From a virus: DNA of 64,000 nucleotides. Location of the stretch: the IMG/VR virus record IMGVR_UViG_3300025141_000060, positions 1-64,000 of that record, one strand, 5' to 3'. The first letter of the stretch is position 1. The number at the start of each line of letters is the position of its first letter. The notes beneath the pieces were generated by a model. That model did not search any database and was not told where the DNA came from. It saw nothing but the letters and a program-made list of their open reading frames with translations. Positions 29,201 to 38,963 of this stretch are shown here, piece after piece. The translations under genes and the position numbers were made by a program.

Positions 29201-32200
29201 GGAGCCCAAAAGAAAACCACAGAATCACCGTTATTAGTTTTTTCAACTTTAGTTCTAAGAACCGCACCAATGCTTCCTCCCCCTAAAATCGAAGAATCTA
29301 ACTTACCCGTAAAAAAGTTAACAGTTAACTCAAAATCATGATCAGGAATAAGTATATTTTTTTCCATCTCTGTGTAGCCAGACAAATCGAATTTTATTCT
29401 AGGTAAGCCTGCTCCTCTTGTTCGCATATAAACACACGGATTCTTTATTAGATAATTATCAAACGTAGAATTTACAGTCTTTTGGTCTGAATCAAAATTT
29501 AATATAGCAAAATCAGTAGCTATAGAACCTAAATTCAATCTATCAGATGAAGAAGTGTCAATAAAAGAAATACCGCTCAAGAAGTGAGAGGCAACAAATT
29601 CAGGATTACCGTAGTAAGGGGTGTTTGCATTTTGCACAGACGAAACACCTACCTCACCGTCAAGAAGTGCGGCACCAGAAACATTTAATTGTATATAAAA
29701 AGGATTCTGAATTTTTGTAGTTATAAGGTTTGTTGCTGGGGTGGAATCAGGCAAAAGTATCTCAGGATCTATTGCTGAACCATCAATAGAAAAATCAGAA
29801 TTATAATAAATGGGTCCGTATGTATGAGATAAAATCGTAGGACCTCCTTGCTTAACAGTAACAAGCTGATTTTCAGGCAACGAGCTTCCATCAAGTGCAG
29901 AAAGAAAATATTTATTATATGTGTTGTATATCGTATGAATCCCATTAGCGTTTCTTCTTCTAAGACTAAACTCTCTCTTATCGAGCTTAGGGGATAAATA
30001 TTTATCGAACCCAACATCCTCTATCATATTAGCAAAAGACCTTGGTACATCTTTCCAAATCGAAGAAGCAGAAAATAGGTTATAGTTAAGTTTATAAGTC
30101 TCATCAGCAATACCTTCTTTCTTCAACTCATGAAATTTAAACAATGTATAGATCTCTTCTGGTAGCGTATCCCTCCTAACAAACTGATCACAAGAGGAAA
30201 AAGCAAGTGAGTCATAGTTTCTTGATAAGAAAGCACTACTAACATTTAAATTAAAGTAAGAATCATTAGATGCAGAGCCTGCGCAATCTTTTGAATACAC
30301 CCCACTAAGGTTTTCTGGAGTTGCAGGAACTAAACCAAATGAAGAAGGATTCCAACCTAAAGGAAGAAAATCTAGTATAGAACTTGTATTATTATAGAAA
30401 GTAGGCATATTACGTCCACCTCTGTCAAACCATCCTTTTTGTTCTAAAGTGTTATGAAAATCTCTTCTTCTTAAGGATTTTCTTTTTACTGGTTGTCCTA
30501 TATTGGTAGCTGTTGGGGGCACTATCTCAATAGTATTGACAACCGAAGATACAATGTTATTAGAATATTTGGCTTGTTCTCTAGTGAATACGGGTAACTT
30601 AGCATGTTCGATGGTGCTTTGGGAATCATCAAAACCATTATATTTCTCTTCTCCTAATGCAAACCCTGTAATTCTATCGTAGATACCTGACGCAGAAAAG
30701 TTATTAAGCATTCCTGAGACTCCACAAACATCTTGCCCCCTAGCGCCAACCTCACCTACGTCTTTACGCGGAACAATAATACTAGGACATATATAATCAA
30801 TACCGCTTGCATACTCCGCTGCTTTTAAAACAACTCTTGTTCTAGGAATTGCTTTAGCAGGCACAAAATCATCCATTATAGACAAAGATTGAAGTATCTC
30901 TGCATTGCTGTACTGCCCAGAGGAGTCTTGAAATAAAATACTGGAGAAATCGCCCGAACATACCGTAAAATCAAAAGTTGAGGATTTCCCATTCCACAAA
31001 CTTAAAGCATCATAATCTTGGTATACTTTATTATCAATAATACTATCGTAATTTGGAGGTAGCTGTACGGAGGAGGTAAAGAAGACATACCCATTATCTA
31101 AATATAAATCAGTACGATCATTCCCAGATAAGATATAATTATTGGTATAATCATAGAAGCTGTTTGTAAAATTAACATCAATACAGAATCGCTCTAATTC
31201 AGATTTGTAAAAATGAAGGAGTTCGTCAGTTACAGCACAATTTCTAAAAAACTTTTCATCATCCCAAGGTGGGACAGGTGTAGTACGCCCTCTGTAATGA
31301 AATCTAAAATTATCATCGCCTTTAATAGCTAATTTTTTTGAGTATAGTTTGGAATAATACTCTCCTGTGTACCAAGTCCCCTCCCAGTTAACAATAGGCC
31401 CAAGCCAACCTCGCCCGTCCTCAGTTATATTAAGTCTAAAAGGCTCATTTCTGATAAAGAATAGATACGGATAGGCTTCTACGGCATTACTTATAATGCT
31501 GTCAACAGCCGCTCTAATATTTTGGTCTTTATTATTTGAACTATAGGTTTGTGGATCAATACCATAAGAAATAGCGGTATCAATACTGTATGTTTTTGGA
31601 TTAAACATATCAGTCTCAGTTATTAGTAAATAATAAAGTAATTGAGGAATATAGGACTCAAACATTTCTGATATTGCGCCACTAACATCAATAGGATTAT
31701 TTACAATAATGGTATCAAGTGCATCAATTAACCCTTGTTTAGTTCCTTTTTTTCTATAAAGGGATGCAGCATTTCTTATTTGATTCCTCCATGATGCAGG
31801 ATTATTTCCATAGAGTTTCCACCCTAATAAGCTGGCGAGGTATGGAAGGTACTCAGGAGGACAATTTTCAATAGATCCTAATGTTTCTAAAGATTCTACT
31901 TGATTGTCAATATCTCTTAAAGAATAAGAAAGCCCTCGTAAAAATTTATGAAAGGGACCTTTAGGTTCTGTGCTTTGTAATTCGTAATTTGAAGAGCCTA
32001 AACCAGCTTCTATAGCATTTTTTACTACTTCATCTTCCCTGTCAATATAAAGCGGGGAATAAATAACATCAATTAGAGTTTTTAGCTTATCAAGGTTTTG
32101 GGTCCCACTTGTATACGATCCAGTTCCTGACTGAAAACTCCCAGGAAGCATCTTAGCGTCTAAAGAGCTAAAATTAGAGAAGTTAGTCCAAAGATATTCT

Positions 32201-32796
32201 TGATAATCTTTAATGCCGTCATTTATTAAATACGTTGTATTTTTATAAAGGTTCTTAACAATAGAACTAGCTATCAATGATGATGGAGAAGACACAGGAC
32301 CGCTAGTATTTAAAAAATACAACCAACTTAGATTTGATATAAGGTACGCATGCGTACCTGAAGTCGTTGTTGCATAGTTTGCGGACGTATCAGAAAGCAA
32401 AGTACTAGAATTTAATGTTATTTTTGGGAGAAGAGTACCACTCAAAAAAGTAAGAAATTCAGAGGAGGTACCATAGTCCGAATACTTATAACCCAACGGA
32501 GTTAATATGTTCTGTTGGAAGTCATTAGAAGTAATGTCTGTTAGCTTATTTTGTTTTACAAAGTACTGACTAAACCCGCTTGGGGTATTTATTGCACTTA
32601 AAGTATTTGATTCAGATAGAGCACTAATATTTAATGTCTGTGCTATTTTATTGATTGATGCTAAATGGCTATTAATGATTAAGTCTGTAAGCTTAACCTG
32701 CGAGCCGCTTAAAGCGAGATCATCTTCCAGATACAAGTCTGGAGTTACTATCTTTACTGCATCTACAAAGTTTAGTTTTGAATACTTTTTTGCCAT
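26293..32796 (-). CDS. Giant baseplate wedge protein (gp7 / P2 gpI-like) with extra domains
   Basis: CPPEYLPYLASLLGW...WRNQIRNAASLYRKKGTKQGL is the P2 gpI-type motif; follows gp6-like gene; 2167 aa. Confidence 0.75.
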   Translation of the reverse strand: MAKKYSKLNFVDAVKIVTPDLYLEDDLALSGSQVKLTDLIINSHLASINKIAQTLNISALSESNTLSAINTPSGFSQYFVKQNKLTDITSNDFQQNILTPLGYKYSDYGTSSEFLTFLSGTLLPKITLNSSTLLSDTSANYATTTSGTHAYLISNLSWLYFLNTSGPVSSPSSLIASSIVKNLYKNTTYLINDGIKDYQEYLWTNFSNFSSLDAKMLPGSFQSGTGSYTSGTQNLDKLKTLIDVIYSPLYIDREDEVVKNAIEAGLGSSNYELQSTEPKGPFHKFLRGLSYSLRDIDNQVESLETLGSIENCPPEYLPYLASLLGWKLYGNNPASWRNQIRNAASLYRKKGTKQGLIDALDTIIVNNPIDVSGAISEMFESYIPQLLYYLLITETDMFNPKTYSIDTAISYGIDPQTYSSNNKDQNIRAAVDSIISNAVEAYPYLFFIRNEPFRLNITEDGRGWLGPIVNWEGTWYTGEYYSKLYSKKLAIKGDDNFRFHYRGRTTPVPPWDDEKFFRNCAVTDELLHFYKSELERFCIDVNFTNSFYDYTNNYILSGNDRTDLYLDNGYVFFTSSVQLPPNYDSIIDNKVYQDYDALSLWNGKSSTFDFTVCSGDFSSILFQDSSGQYSNAEILQSLSIMDDFVPAKAIPRTRVVLKAAEYASGIDYICPSIIVPRKDVGEVGARGQDVCGVSGMLNNFSASGIYDRITGFALGEEKYNGFDDSQSTIEHAKLPVFTREQAKYSNNIVSSVVNTIEIVPPTATNIGQPVKRKSLRRRDFHNTLEQKGWFDRGGRNMPTFYNNTSSILDFLPLGWNPSSFGLVPATPENLSGVYSKDCAGSASNDSYFNLNVSSAFLSRNYDSLAFSSCDQFVRRDTLPEEIYTLFKFHELKKEGIADETYKLNYNLFSASSIWKDVPRSFANMIEDVGFDKYLSPKLDKREFSLRRRNANGIHTIYNTYNKYFLSALDGSSLPENQLVTVKQGGPTILSHTYGPIYYNSDFSIDGSAIDPEILLPDSTPATNLITTKIQNPFYIQLNVSGAALLDGEVGVSSVQNANTPYYGNPEFVASHFLSGISFIDTSSSDRLNLGSIATDFAILNFDSDQKTVNSTFDNYLIKNPCVYMRTRGAGLPRIKFDLSGYTEMEKNILIPDHDFELTVNFFTGKLDSSILGGGSIGAVLRTKVEKTNNGDSVVFFWAPNGEWKMEKVSNINNAASGISNILNNYTHTFLGKEETNIQIQDTQCDVISDNNTLLRYITEEDKQSVKLKFHTKNQKTPVPFEYGTYYNADSSLSSIYNGRHVQLHRANIFDSDLSQDYILELFQYPNLNSEKRFVVFDDISLVDKTLNDAAQVPYEAVIPDLTLQQDAPQEIELRMPDGSPLALTKSSTTVGTDIAGDLTYDLFRTSVGDLPNILAVCENPGGDCGPMSYASELWTVIGAPDWNSYRNPNSGEFFPGGAILNFYSEHGDDVGDDGLMGKIPYTGICNSTMTKWPSGFGENHAPGGANDGDLHTAYWVARKGFHSYNQWSDYIPQGKREEISQNPTSLGFGGGLAVWPYFHTHQRGSLLGSPLLALARPGHSCIEQHMVSTPKTFLELNTLLPGNTNPLGYSKEDDRFFYSDLENYTGNNPFSGWIVGFSIGEPIEIDFTSKRVKPTITESDNVFLDIDALGDEDNWEYVPAGVDPLLPTVLDPTGMVGAARSFFQLQAGRSRAHPNTNVWGVSDEQYNSFSEAGGITFPPLSVYRDVERNKLIQGQPYSFCVYLRGKAKGDESFQDNYATSAMVTIAPIGSNNSYTRLVLKLGEPVASPYWGAGAYTSSILTNGHSYTGDDAASVEEIVVPWTTLYPNADKVSWYKVRVTIPYDAFEMNAGNATLGIDAVQNKGLRCFVQAYNDRFDGLLPEDLPVGNNQREAILHTPCKLLTWGYGLYAATRAGDFRRYEQSRVFRLGHNQLNPTPSNNGGNAATGEIANVISYDSAQTNMLTIYENEEVLVGRKLYKDSNDEVYTYEKDLSSLKKLTLVKSSAPYSVFKANLYKGIKFYDNSGLEYSGPINFSLGKRILRPENFSQEPESARVLTLSGSIEGTNIGKSVKGYKSIEPIDLLHLFRYFNKLGKAATRKGFNTRVWSDSSAVHCASGGSRLSYRNHPDPVGTGEDGTYGNYTQLEVDN

Positions 32797-34409
32797 TAGA
32801 TAAAGGTTATGTTTATAGTTACATTATTTAATTGAACTACCTCATTAAAGTCTATCGAAATAGCGTCAGAGATATTATCAATTGTTGAGTAACGTACATT
32901 TGTAAGATCAAATATCTTTCTATTTAATTCCTGAGGAACAAAAGCGTCCCCAAAACCAAATCTAGAGTAGGAAAAGAAATTAGTTATAATATTAGATGCT
33001 TCTTGTTTTACAGATTCTTCTTTATCACTTAAAGAAGAATCAACGAATAATGTAACTATAAGATCTAATGTTCTTATTAATCCATCCACAACGACAATCT
33101 CATCGGTAAGCATCTTCTTGTTCTTTATAGCTGAAAGAAGATTTGCTTTATATTCTATTGTAGCCTTCTGAAGTTGCGTTTCAGTCGCCTTTTGTAAAAC
33201 AAACAGGTCAATAATATTAGCTGAAGAGTATGCTTTTCGTGTTGAAGCAGTTCCTATCGCTGCACCCCCTGAAGGGCTACGATACCTAGAAACATACGAA
33301 GCGAAGTCTCCTAAAGTAACTAACCGATCTTGTTGTTTAAACACTAAAGGTCCATTTACCTTAGCGTTTTCAACAGTTTCCGCGTCAACACCTCCTGTTA
33401 TTACACTTGTATTTGTTAATGTTCCCGCTCCTGCATTTTTGGTTACTATAGGGGCGTTAATAATAGAGCCGAGCAAATTGCCGCGACTTCCTCCCCCAAC
33501 TCTATAAAGAACTCGATACGAAGAAGAGTTTGGTGGTGCAGCACCTACGTTGCCATCACCAAACCGAACCAAGCCATTGTAATCTTCATCATAAATAACT
33601 TCAAAAATTTTATTAGTACTTCCTGACGCAGAATAAAGATTACCTACCTGTGTGTATGTTCCTGATAAAGAATCAGAAGAATCTATATAAATTTGAACAC
33701 TATTTTCAATAATAGGTCCTTGTGTTAAAGAAATAGTCTTAAATACTTGAGTGGTATCAAATGTACCCACTTCTTCAACTAATGCCCCCTCTAATAATGC
33801 TAGATTATTCCACGATATATTTTCTTCACCCTCAGAGCTAGAGCGGGATAATGTAATCTCTGAGGTATTACTGCCTAAATTTTGTATTTTTCCCGCAACA
33901 ACAGGGTATAATGTATAAGTTACCTGACCTCCATCTTGAGGAGATGAAAGCGTAATAATTCTACTGTCTGCTTCTACAATTGGATCTGCATCTGTAGATG
34001 CTGTATCGAGTGATATTCTCGCGTTTCCCCCCGCGCTGGTGGGGCCTTTCATTCGTATACCTATAAGCTCTAACAGCTTTCGAACATTTCTTCTACTTCT
34101 AGCGGTGGGTAAAAAGTTTTCATTCGCTAAAGCATCTGCTTTAAACGATAAAACAGCACCCATATACGAAATCAGTTCAGCAAACATTACACCAAAATCA
34201 GACTCACTAAAATTTTGATAGTCCTCTGGGTATACAGCTTGCATATAATTAAATAAAGAATCCCTTAAACTACCGAAATCCGTAGCGGCATAGTTTATTA
34301 AAGAATCTTTGTTTTCAAAGTTTGCCCCCTGCTGAATTAATTTTTGGAAATCTGACGAAGCAGTTGTGAAAGGTATTGTTGTAGGAAGATTATAATTTGA
34401 TGTACTCAT
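32796..34409 (-). CDS. gp6: Baseplate wedge subunit (gp6 / P2 gpJ-like)
   Basis: NYAATDFGSLR, ENFLPTA, VRFGDG, YRVGGGSRGN, GGVDAET, QDRLVTLGDF. Confidence 0.9.
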   Translation of the reverse strand: MSTSNYNLPTTIPFTTASSDFQKLIQQGANFENKDSLINYAATDFGSLRDSLFNYMQAVYPEDYQNFSESDFGVMFAELISYMGAVLSFKADALANENFLPTARSRRNVRKLLELIGIRMKGPTSAGGNARISLDTASTDADPIVEADSRIITLSSPQDGGQVTYTLYPVVAGKIQNLGSNTSEITLSRSSSEGEENISWNNLALLEGALVEEVGTFDTTQVFKTISLTQGPIIENSVQIYIDSSDSLSGTYTQVGNLYSASGSTNKIFEVIYDEDYNGLVRFGDGNVGAAPPNSSSYRVLYRVGGGSRGNLLGSIINAPIVTKNAGAGTLTNTSVITGGVDAETVENAKVNGPLVFKQQDRLVTLGDFASYVSRYRSPSGGAAIGTASTRKAYSSANIIDLFVLQKATETQLQKATIEYKANLLSAIKNKKMLTDEIVVVDGLIRTLDLIVTLFVDSSLSDKEESVKQEASNIITNFFSYSRFGFGDAFVPQELNRKIFDLTNVRYSTIDNISDAISIDFNEVVQLNNVTINITFI

Positions 34410-34870
34410 AATGATATAGATAATTCGCTTTGTTCTTCTGATATTCTAGAGGCTACTAGAAGCCTAATCTTTAGTCCTGGTAGCCCAAATCCTTGAGCTT
34501 TATCTGATTTTAAAATATCTAGTCTCAATATTCTAACAGTAGGCAGGTAATTACTGACTCCTCCAACTATCTCCTTTTTCATACTAATTATGAGATCCTC
34601 TGTTATGGGCTCAAAAAGAAACCTTTTTAAAGATAGTCCAAAGTTAGGAAGCATAACCCGCTCCCCTCGTTCTGTTTTAATGAATTGTCTAAGCTCACTC
34701 TTAACCAGTTCAAAGCCTTTTGTCTTAACAAAGATTCCTTTAGCAGAATTAGTTTTATCATATAAAGGATATCGAACTCCAAAAATAGCCTCAGTAGAAA
34801 CTGCATTTATTATTTCATCAGTTACTGTTGTCGCAGGGGGTACACCAAAAATATTTGTATTAGTAATCAT
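34406..34870 (-). CDS. gp25: Baseplate wedge / sheath initiator (gp25-like)
   Basis: TERGERVMLPNFGLSLKRFLFEP, YLPTV motif. Confidence 0.9.
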   Translation of the reverse strand: MITNTNIFGVPPATTVTDEIINAVSTEAIFGVRYPLYDKTNSAKGIFVKTKGFELVKSELRQFIKTERGERVMLPNFGLSLKRFLFEPITEDLIISMKKEIVGGVSNYLPTVRILRLDILKSDKAQGFGLPGLKIRLLVASRISEEQSELSISL

Positions 34871-37533
34871 GTTGCTATATTTTTATAAAATCCTTTTTGA
34901 GCATTGTAGTTTTGAAGAACTTCCTTATTAGTTAGGGGCCTAGAATAAAACTTTAAACTTCCTACGAACCCGTTTAAGCCGCTTGTGAGTCCATGCCTCA
35001 TCCCCATGAAGCCACCGACTTTGCTTGAATTGATTGGGTACCCGTCTGTCCAACCTCCTCCCACAATCCATGGAGTGAAATAAGTATCATTTAAAGGGCC
35101 ATTATTAAAAACAGTAGTACCTATATTTTGAGTAACCGTAGCTGAAGAATAATAAAAACTACTAGTCTCGGAATCCTTTGGGGAAATAAAGGTAGGTAGT
35201 CTTGGGGCTTGCCCTGGATTACCCCCTAAAACTTTAGATAATGATGAAGTTGTCATTTTTACGCCATCTAAATAAACAATACATTCATTATTATCAATAT
35301 TAAAAGACATATGCAAGTGACTAAAGCTACCTGAGACATCTGTGAACTTCTTTCCACCTACACTCAAATTATCTCTAATTGTTAATTTATTATAAGTTAA
35401 ACTGTCATTAGAGCAGTTAGTATCTGGAACAAACTCAACGGAACTGCTATTAAAAGACATTGTAGGAGCAATAAAAAAGCAACTAGATGCGGTGGTAGCA
35501 GAAACATGCACACCGTTATTGGCACCAGGATCTAAATTGGAGCCAGGAATTATATAGGAATCCTCATAAATAACAGGATCTCTACTAAAACCAATTAATA
35601 AGCCTTTAGTAGTTTCTGATCCACCTGAATTATATAAACTACTAACATCAGGAACTGATTGCTCTCCCCCCGTATTCTCATTACCTAATAGGATTTTATA
35701 ATAATTATAATCTCCCCACGCACCTGCGGTCAACGGACGGAAAGCGTCTGACCCTATTTCCTTAGAAGTAGCTGATGTACCATAATTTGGGATATGCAAC
35801 CAACAATCAATACTACACCCACTTGGATTATAAAAAAGGTTCTGCATCTCCGTTGTAGGAGGAAGTCTTAAATAATTTGGTGACTTAGTTAATTTAAAGT
35901 TATTAATTTTCCACCTCGCTACGCCTCCTAGATAAGGTATACCAACACCAGACGTAAAGGCTGTTGCAACATTGCCCACTAATTGCGAGTTACCATGTGT
36001 TCCTAAAACAGCACAATTCACCACGTTATATTGATCCGAATCTGGAGAAACTACATCAGGCTTCAAGAAGTTATAAATCGCAAACAGCCCAGAACTCTCA
36101 ATGCTGTCCGTTAAAGAAATAGCGGGTGCGGCAGTTGAAGAAACAGAAGGACTGAATACAACAGAACCTTTCCCTATAGGAGGAACGACTAGAGGGTCAA
36201 CTAAAACTCTAGAGGTAACACCATAATTAGTAACAAACAGAGGTTTGATTGGTAGAACCACTCCTTCAACATCACCCGAACCAAAAGTTAAATTTTGTTG
36301 TTTATCTAAAGCAACACTTAAATTTATAGAGCTTAAGAAAGAAAAATCATTAACGGGAACATCACCTACAGCATACGCTTGTTCAGCGCCAAACAAGTCA
36401 GGAGCCTTTACCGCCACCTCTATTTGTTTTTTTCTCTTTTTAATCTTTGTATCATAAGCATCGGTAATAGAGTTCAAATTTAATCTATGATTCACTACCA
36501 AGGCGGAGTCTTCTATGTAGCCGCCATTCAACAGTTCCGTAATTTCATTAATTATTAGTTCTACCTGCTTTGTTTTTTGTCCAAGCAAAACATTCAATAA
36601 ATGATCAGCACTGTAATAATCATCTAAAGTAGATGAATCATCAATAACATTTAAATCGAAAATAGTATCTACATATTTGTTTAATACGTCAGTAGAAACT
36701 AAGGTGCCTTTTCCCCCTAGACTTGGGAAGTGGTCCATCTTCCATTTTTCACTATTTAAAACAAACCCCACATCAGAAGCAGACGGTATAGGTTTTCCGT
36801 TATACAGCCGGTTCTGGGAGTCATAGTACATTCCATCCTCTGATAAAATAAATAAACCATTCTTGGAGACAGGAGGCCCAAACACTAATCTAAAGATAGG
36901 ATCTTCTTCCGCTGCCTCGACGCTAATAGCTTGCTGTCGCTCGTATAGAATTACTCCAATATTCTGTATTAAAGTATTACACTTATCTGAAAACTCGGTG
37001 GCTTCTTCTACTTGTTGTCGCGCTAAACCTAAAGCAGCTACCCTAGCATTTTCAGTATACTGATCGGAGTGCCCACCACCAACACCCCCAGTCCCCGTCA
37101 TAGGCGCGGGTCCTGTGCTATTAAGCCAATTTTCATAGTCTTGAAGGCATCCTAATACCTCATTATACATTGCTTCTCCTTGATCAATTAAATCTTGAAA
37201 GGCTGATATAGCACCTGCCGCGCCTGCTGCCGCATTCAAAAACCCTAAATCAATCCCAAATTTACTTGAGTCGGAGAACAAGGCGAGCTTCCCTGTGTCT
37301 ACGTCATAATCGAGGATCCCCATGTCCGCAAAAAGGCCATTAACAACGCCTGCAATTGCCGCTCGGGCAGCGGCTTGACCCTCGGCTGCTGCCTTAGCCA
37401 TGCCGTTTAGAGCACCAGAATCAATAAGATTTAGCGCACCAACAGCTAAATCTAGCATGCATGTGGGGATACCAAAAGCTGTATTTAAACTAGCTACGGG
37501 GTTTGTAAAAAATTGTGGGTTAAAAGTTGCCAT
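34867..37533 (-). CDS. Baseplate-associated protein with C-terminal LamG/concanavalin-like domain
   Basis: SIDCWL, HLHMSF...IVYLDGVK, GFVGSLKFYSRPLTNKEVLQNYNA; helical N-terminal half; lies between spike and gp25. Confidence 0.7.
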   Translation of the reverse strand: MATFNPQFFTNPVASLNTAFGIPTCMLDLAVGALNLIDSGALNGMAKAAAEGQAAARAAIAGVVNGLFADMGILDYDVDTGKLALFSDSSKFGIDLGFLNAAAGAAGAISAFQDLIDQGEAMYNEVLGCLQDYENWLNSTGPAPMTGTGGVGGGHSDQYTENARVAALGLARQQVEEATEFSDKCNTLIQNIGVILYERQQAISVEAAEEDPIFRLVFGPPVSKNGLFILSEDGMYYDSQNRLYNGKPIPSASDVGFVLNSEKWKMDHFPSLGGKGTLVSTDVLNKYVDTIFDLNVIDDSSTLDDYYSADHLLNVLLGQKTKQVELIINEITELLNGGYIEDSALVVNHRLNLNSITDAYDTKIKKRKKQIEVAVKAPDLFGAEQAYAVGDVPVNDFSFLSSINLSVALDKQQNLTFGSGDVEGVVLPIKPLFVTNYGVTSRVLVDPLVVPPIGKGSVVFSPSVSSTAAPAISLTDSIESSGLFAIYNFLKPDVVSPDSDQYNVVNCAVLGTHGNSQLVGNVATAFTSGVGIPYLGGVARWKINNFKLTKSPNYLRLPPTTEMQNLFYNPSGCSIDCWLHIPNYGTSATSKEIGSDAFRPLTAGAWGDYNYYKILLGNENTGGEQSVPDVSSLYNSGGSETTKGLLIGFSRDPVIYEDSYIIPGSNLDPGANNGVHVSATTASSCFFIAPTMSFNSSSVEFVPDTNCSNDSLTYNKLTIRDNLSVGGKKFTDVSGSFSHLHMSFNIDNNECIVYLDGVKMTTSSLSKVLGGNPGQAPRLPTFISPKDSETSSFYYSSATVTQNIGTTVFNNGPLNDTYFTPWIVGGGWTDGYPINSSKVGGFMGMRHGLTSGLNGFVGSLKFYSRPLTNKEVLQNYNAQKGFYKNIAT

Positions 37534-37546
37534 TTAAGTTCCTTCT

Positions 37547-38767
37547 CTATGGGCCATGTCCGCCCCCGCCGAAGGGGTCCGTGCCGTCGCTTCCTTCATC
37601 CGTAAGGTCGGACCAAAAATCGGAAGCAGATTGTTTTAATCTAATGTCCGTATTAGGTCCTGCTGTATAGTTATCATGCCATAGCGGATCAAAGAAAAAA
37701 GGAAAAACTCCAAAAAAAGTCTCCCAATCAATTTCATCGTTTCGCTTTCTTATTCCTATGGATCCCTGGTCTAACGTCTTATTTGTTTCGTAGGGATTAA
37801 GTTCAATAGTTCCTTCGTTCTCAACATCTGATTGGAGTATGATTGATCTTCCTGATATATTTATATCTCCCAAAGATTTTAGGTCAATTCCATTGTCAGC
37901 AAATAACTGAATTTTATTGTTGCTTCGTACCTGAAATGATGCACCTGTTGTTCCATCTTGTTGCTCGTCTCCTATACAATCAATAAAAATGCCATTACCG
38001 TGATTAACAATACTTATATCACCCCTATCAGACACAATACTTATATTCCCAGAACTACTTCTACGATTATTTTTACTAGCATGGGATCTAGTAGAACTGT
38101 TTATTATCTTTAAGTTTCTACCATCCTTGACGCGAAACACCATATCCCCCTCTTTTGATTCTACTGTTACATTTCTAGAGGCTCGCAACAATGCACCCTC
38201 AGGGCCAATCTCATCGTCACCTGCGTCTAAATCAGTTAACTTAAGAGTAGCTGCTTGATTTTTACTGTATAAGTTAACTTTTTTAGTATTAGAAGAATCA
38301 TCTAAATTAAGGCCTCGACCTTCAGCACTCCCTAACCTAACGCCCTTCCTATCTTCACTATCGTTTCTATTATCTCGTAACAACATATGATTACCTAAAG
38401 GAGTAGAAATACCATAAGACATGCTTTGGTTATTTTGTTTATAATCATCAGAATCAGCAGGATTTTTATTTTCTCCCCCTAAAGAAGGATTTTTATCAGA
38501 TGGGTGCATCTCAGTTTTCTGTATTCTATCAATACTAGGATTCACAACAGATCCTATGTAATAATAATGTGCTTCTGGGTCATTCTCTGCTCGATCATAT
38601 AAAATCTGCGTATTTGTCTCAGGAATAAAGGTTGCACCTGCATATTCCCCCCCACCATAGAAACTGACATACTTTACCTCAATCGTACTTTCCTGTTTCG
38701 CAGGGAGCACAGTAAGAGTGCCCTGTCCAGTAAAGTCTTTTTTAGATACCACAGTCCCAACATACAT
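37547..38767 (-). CDS. Central spike (gp5/VgrG-like), no lysozyme domain seen
   Basis: OB-fold-type N-terminus (YVGTVV..KD...GTL; FIPETNTQI; YYIGSV), then STPLGNHMLLRD and beta-strand repeats (GDISI, GDINISGRSIIL). Confidence 0.7.
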   Translation of the reverse strand: MYVGTVVSKKDFTGQGTLTVLPAKQESTIEVKYVSFYGGGEYAGATFIPETNTQILYDRAENDPEAHYYYIGSVVNPSIDRIQKTEMHPSDKNPSLGGENKNPADSDDYKQNNQSMSYGISTPLGNHMLLRDNRNDSEDRKGVRLGSAEGRGLNLDDSSNTKKVNLYSKNQAATLKLTDLDAGDDEIGPEGALLRASRNVTVESKEGDMVFRVKDGRNLKIINSSTRSHASKNNRRSSSGNISIVSDRGDISIVNHGNGIFIDCIGDEQQDGTTGASFQVRSNNKIQLFADNGIDLKSLGDINISGRSIILQSDVENEGTIELNPYETNKTLDQGSIGIRKRNDEIDWETFFGVFPFFFDPLWHDNYTAGPNTDIRLKQSASDFWSDLTDEGSDGTDPFGGGGHGP

Positions 38768-38768
38768 A

Positions 38769-38963
38769 CTAAGATCCTCCTAATTTTTTTAAGTCTTCTT
38801 TTATTTTGTCTTTTTGGGCCTGCGATAAGGAGGACCTTTGAAAAATATTAAGTGTTCCGCTGCCTTTTTGATCTACTATTTTTTTATAAGGAAAAACAGG
38901 CATGCTATCTTTCTGGGAATCTAAACGAAAAATGTTCGAATCTTGTGGATTATTATTTATCAT
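38769..38963 (-). CDS. Small hypothetical protein
   Basis: 64 aa filling the space between hub and spike; its GGAGG supplies the spike RBS. Confidence 0.5.
   Translation of the reverse strand: MINNNPQDSNIFRLDSQKDSMPVFPYKKIVDQKGSGTLNIFQRSSLSQAQKDKIKEDLKKLGGS

Noticed and set aside
38769-38963. Duplication of the spike N-terminus (KGSGTLNIF vs TGQGTLTVL)
   Set aside because: Match is too short to separate from chance.
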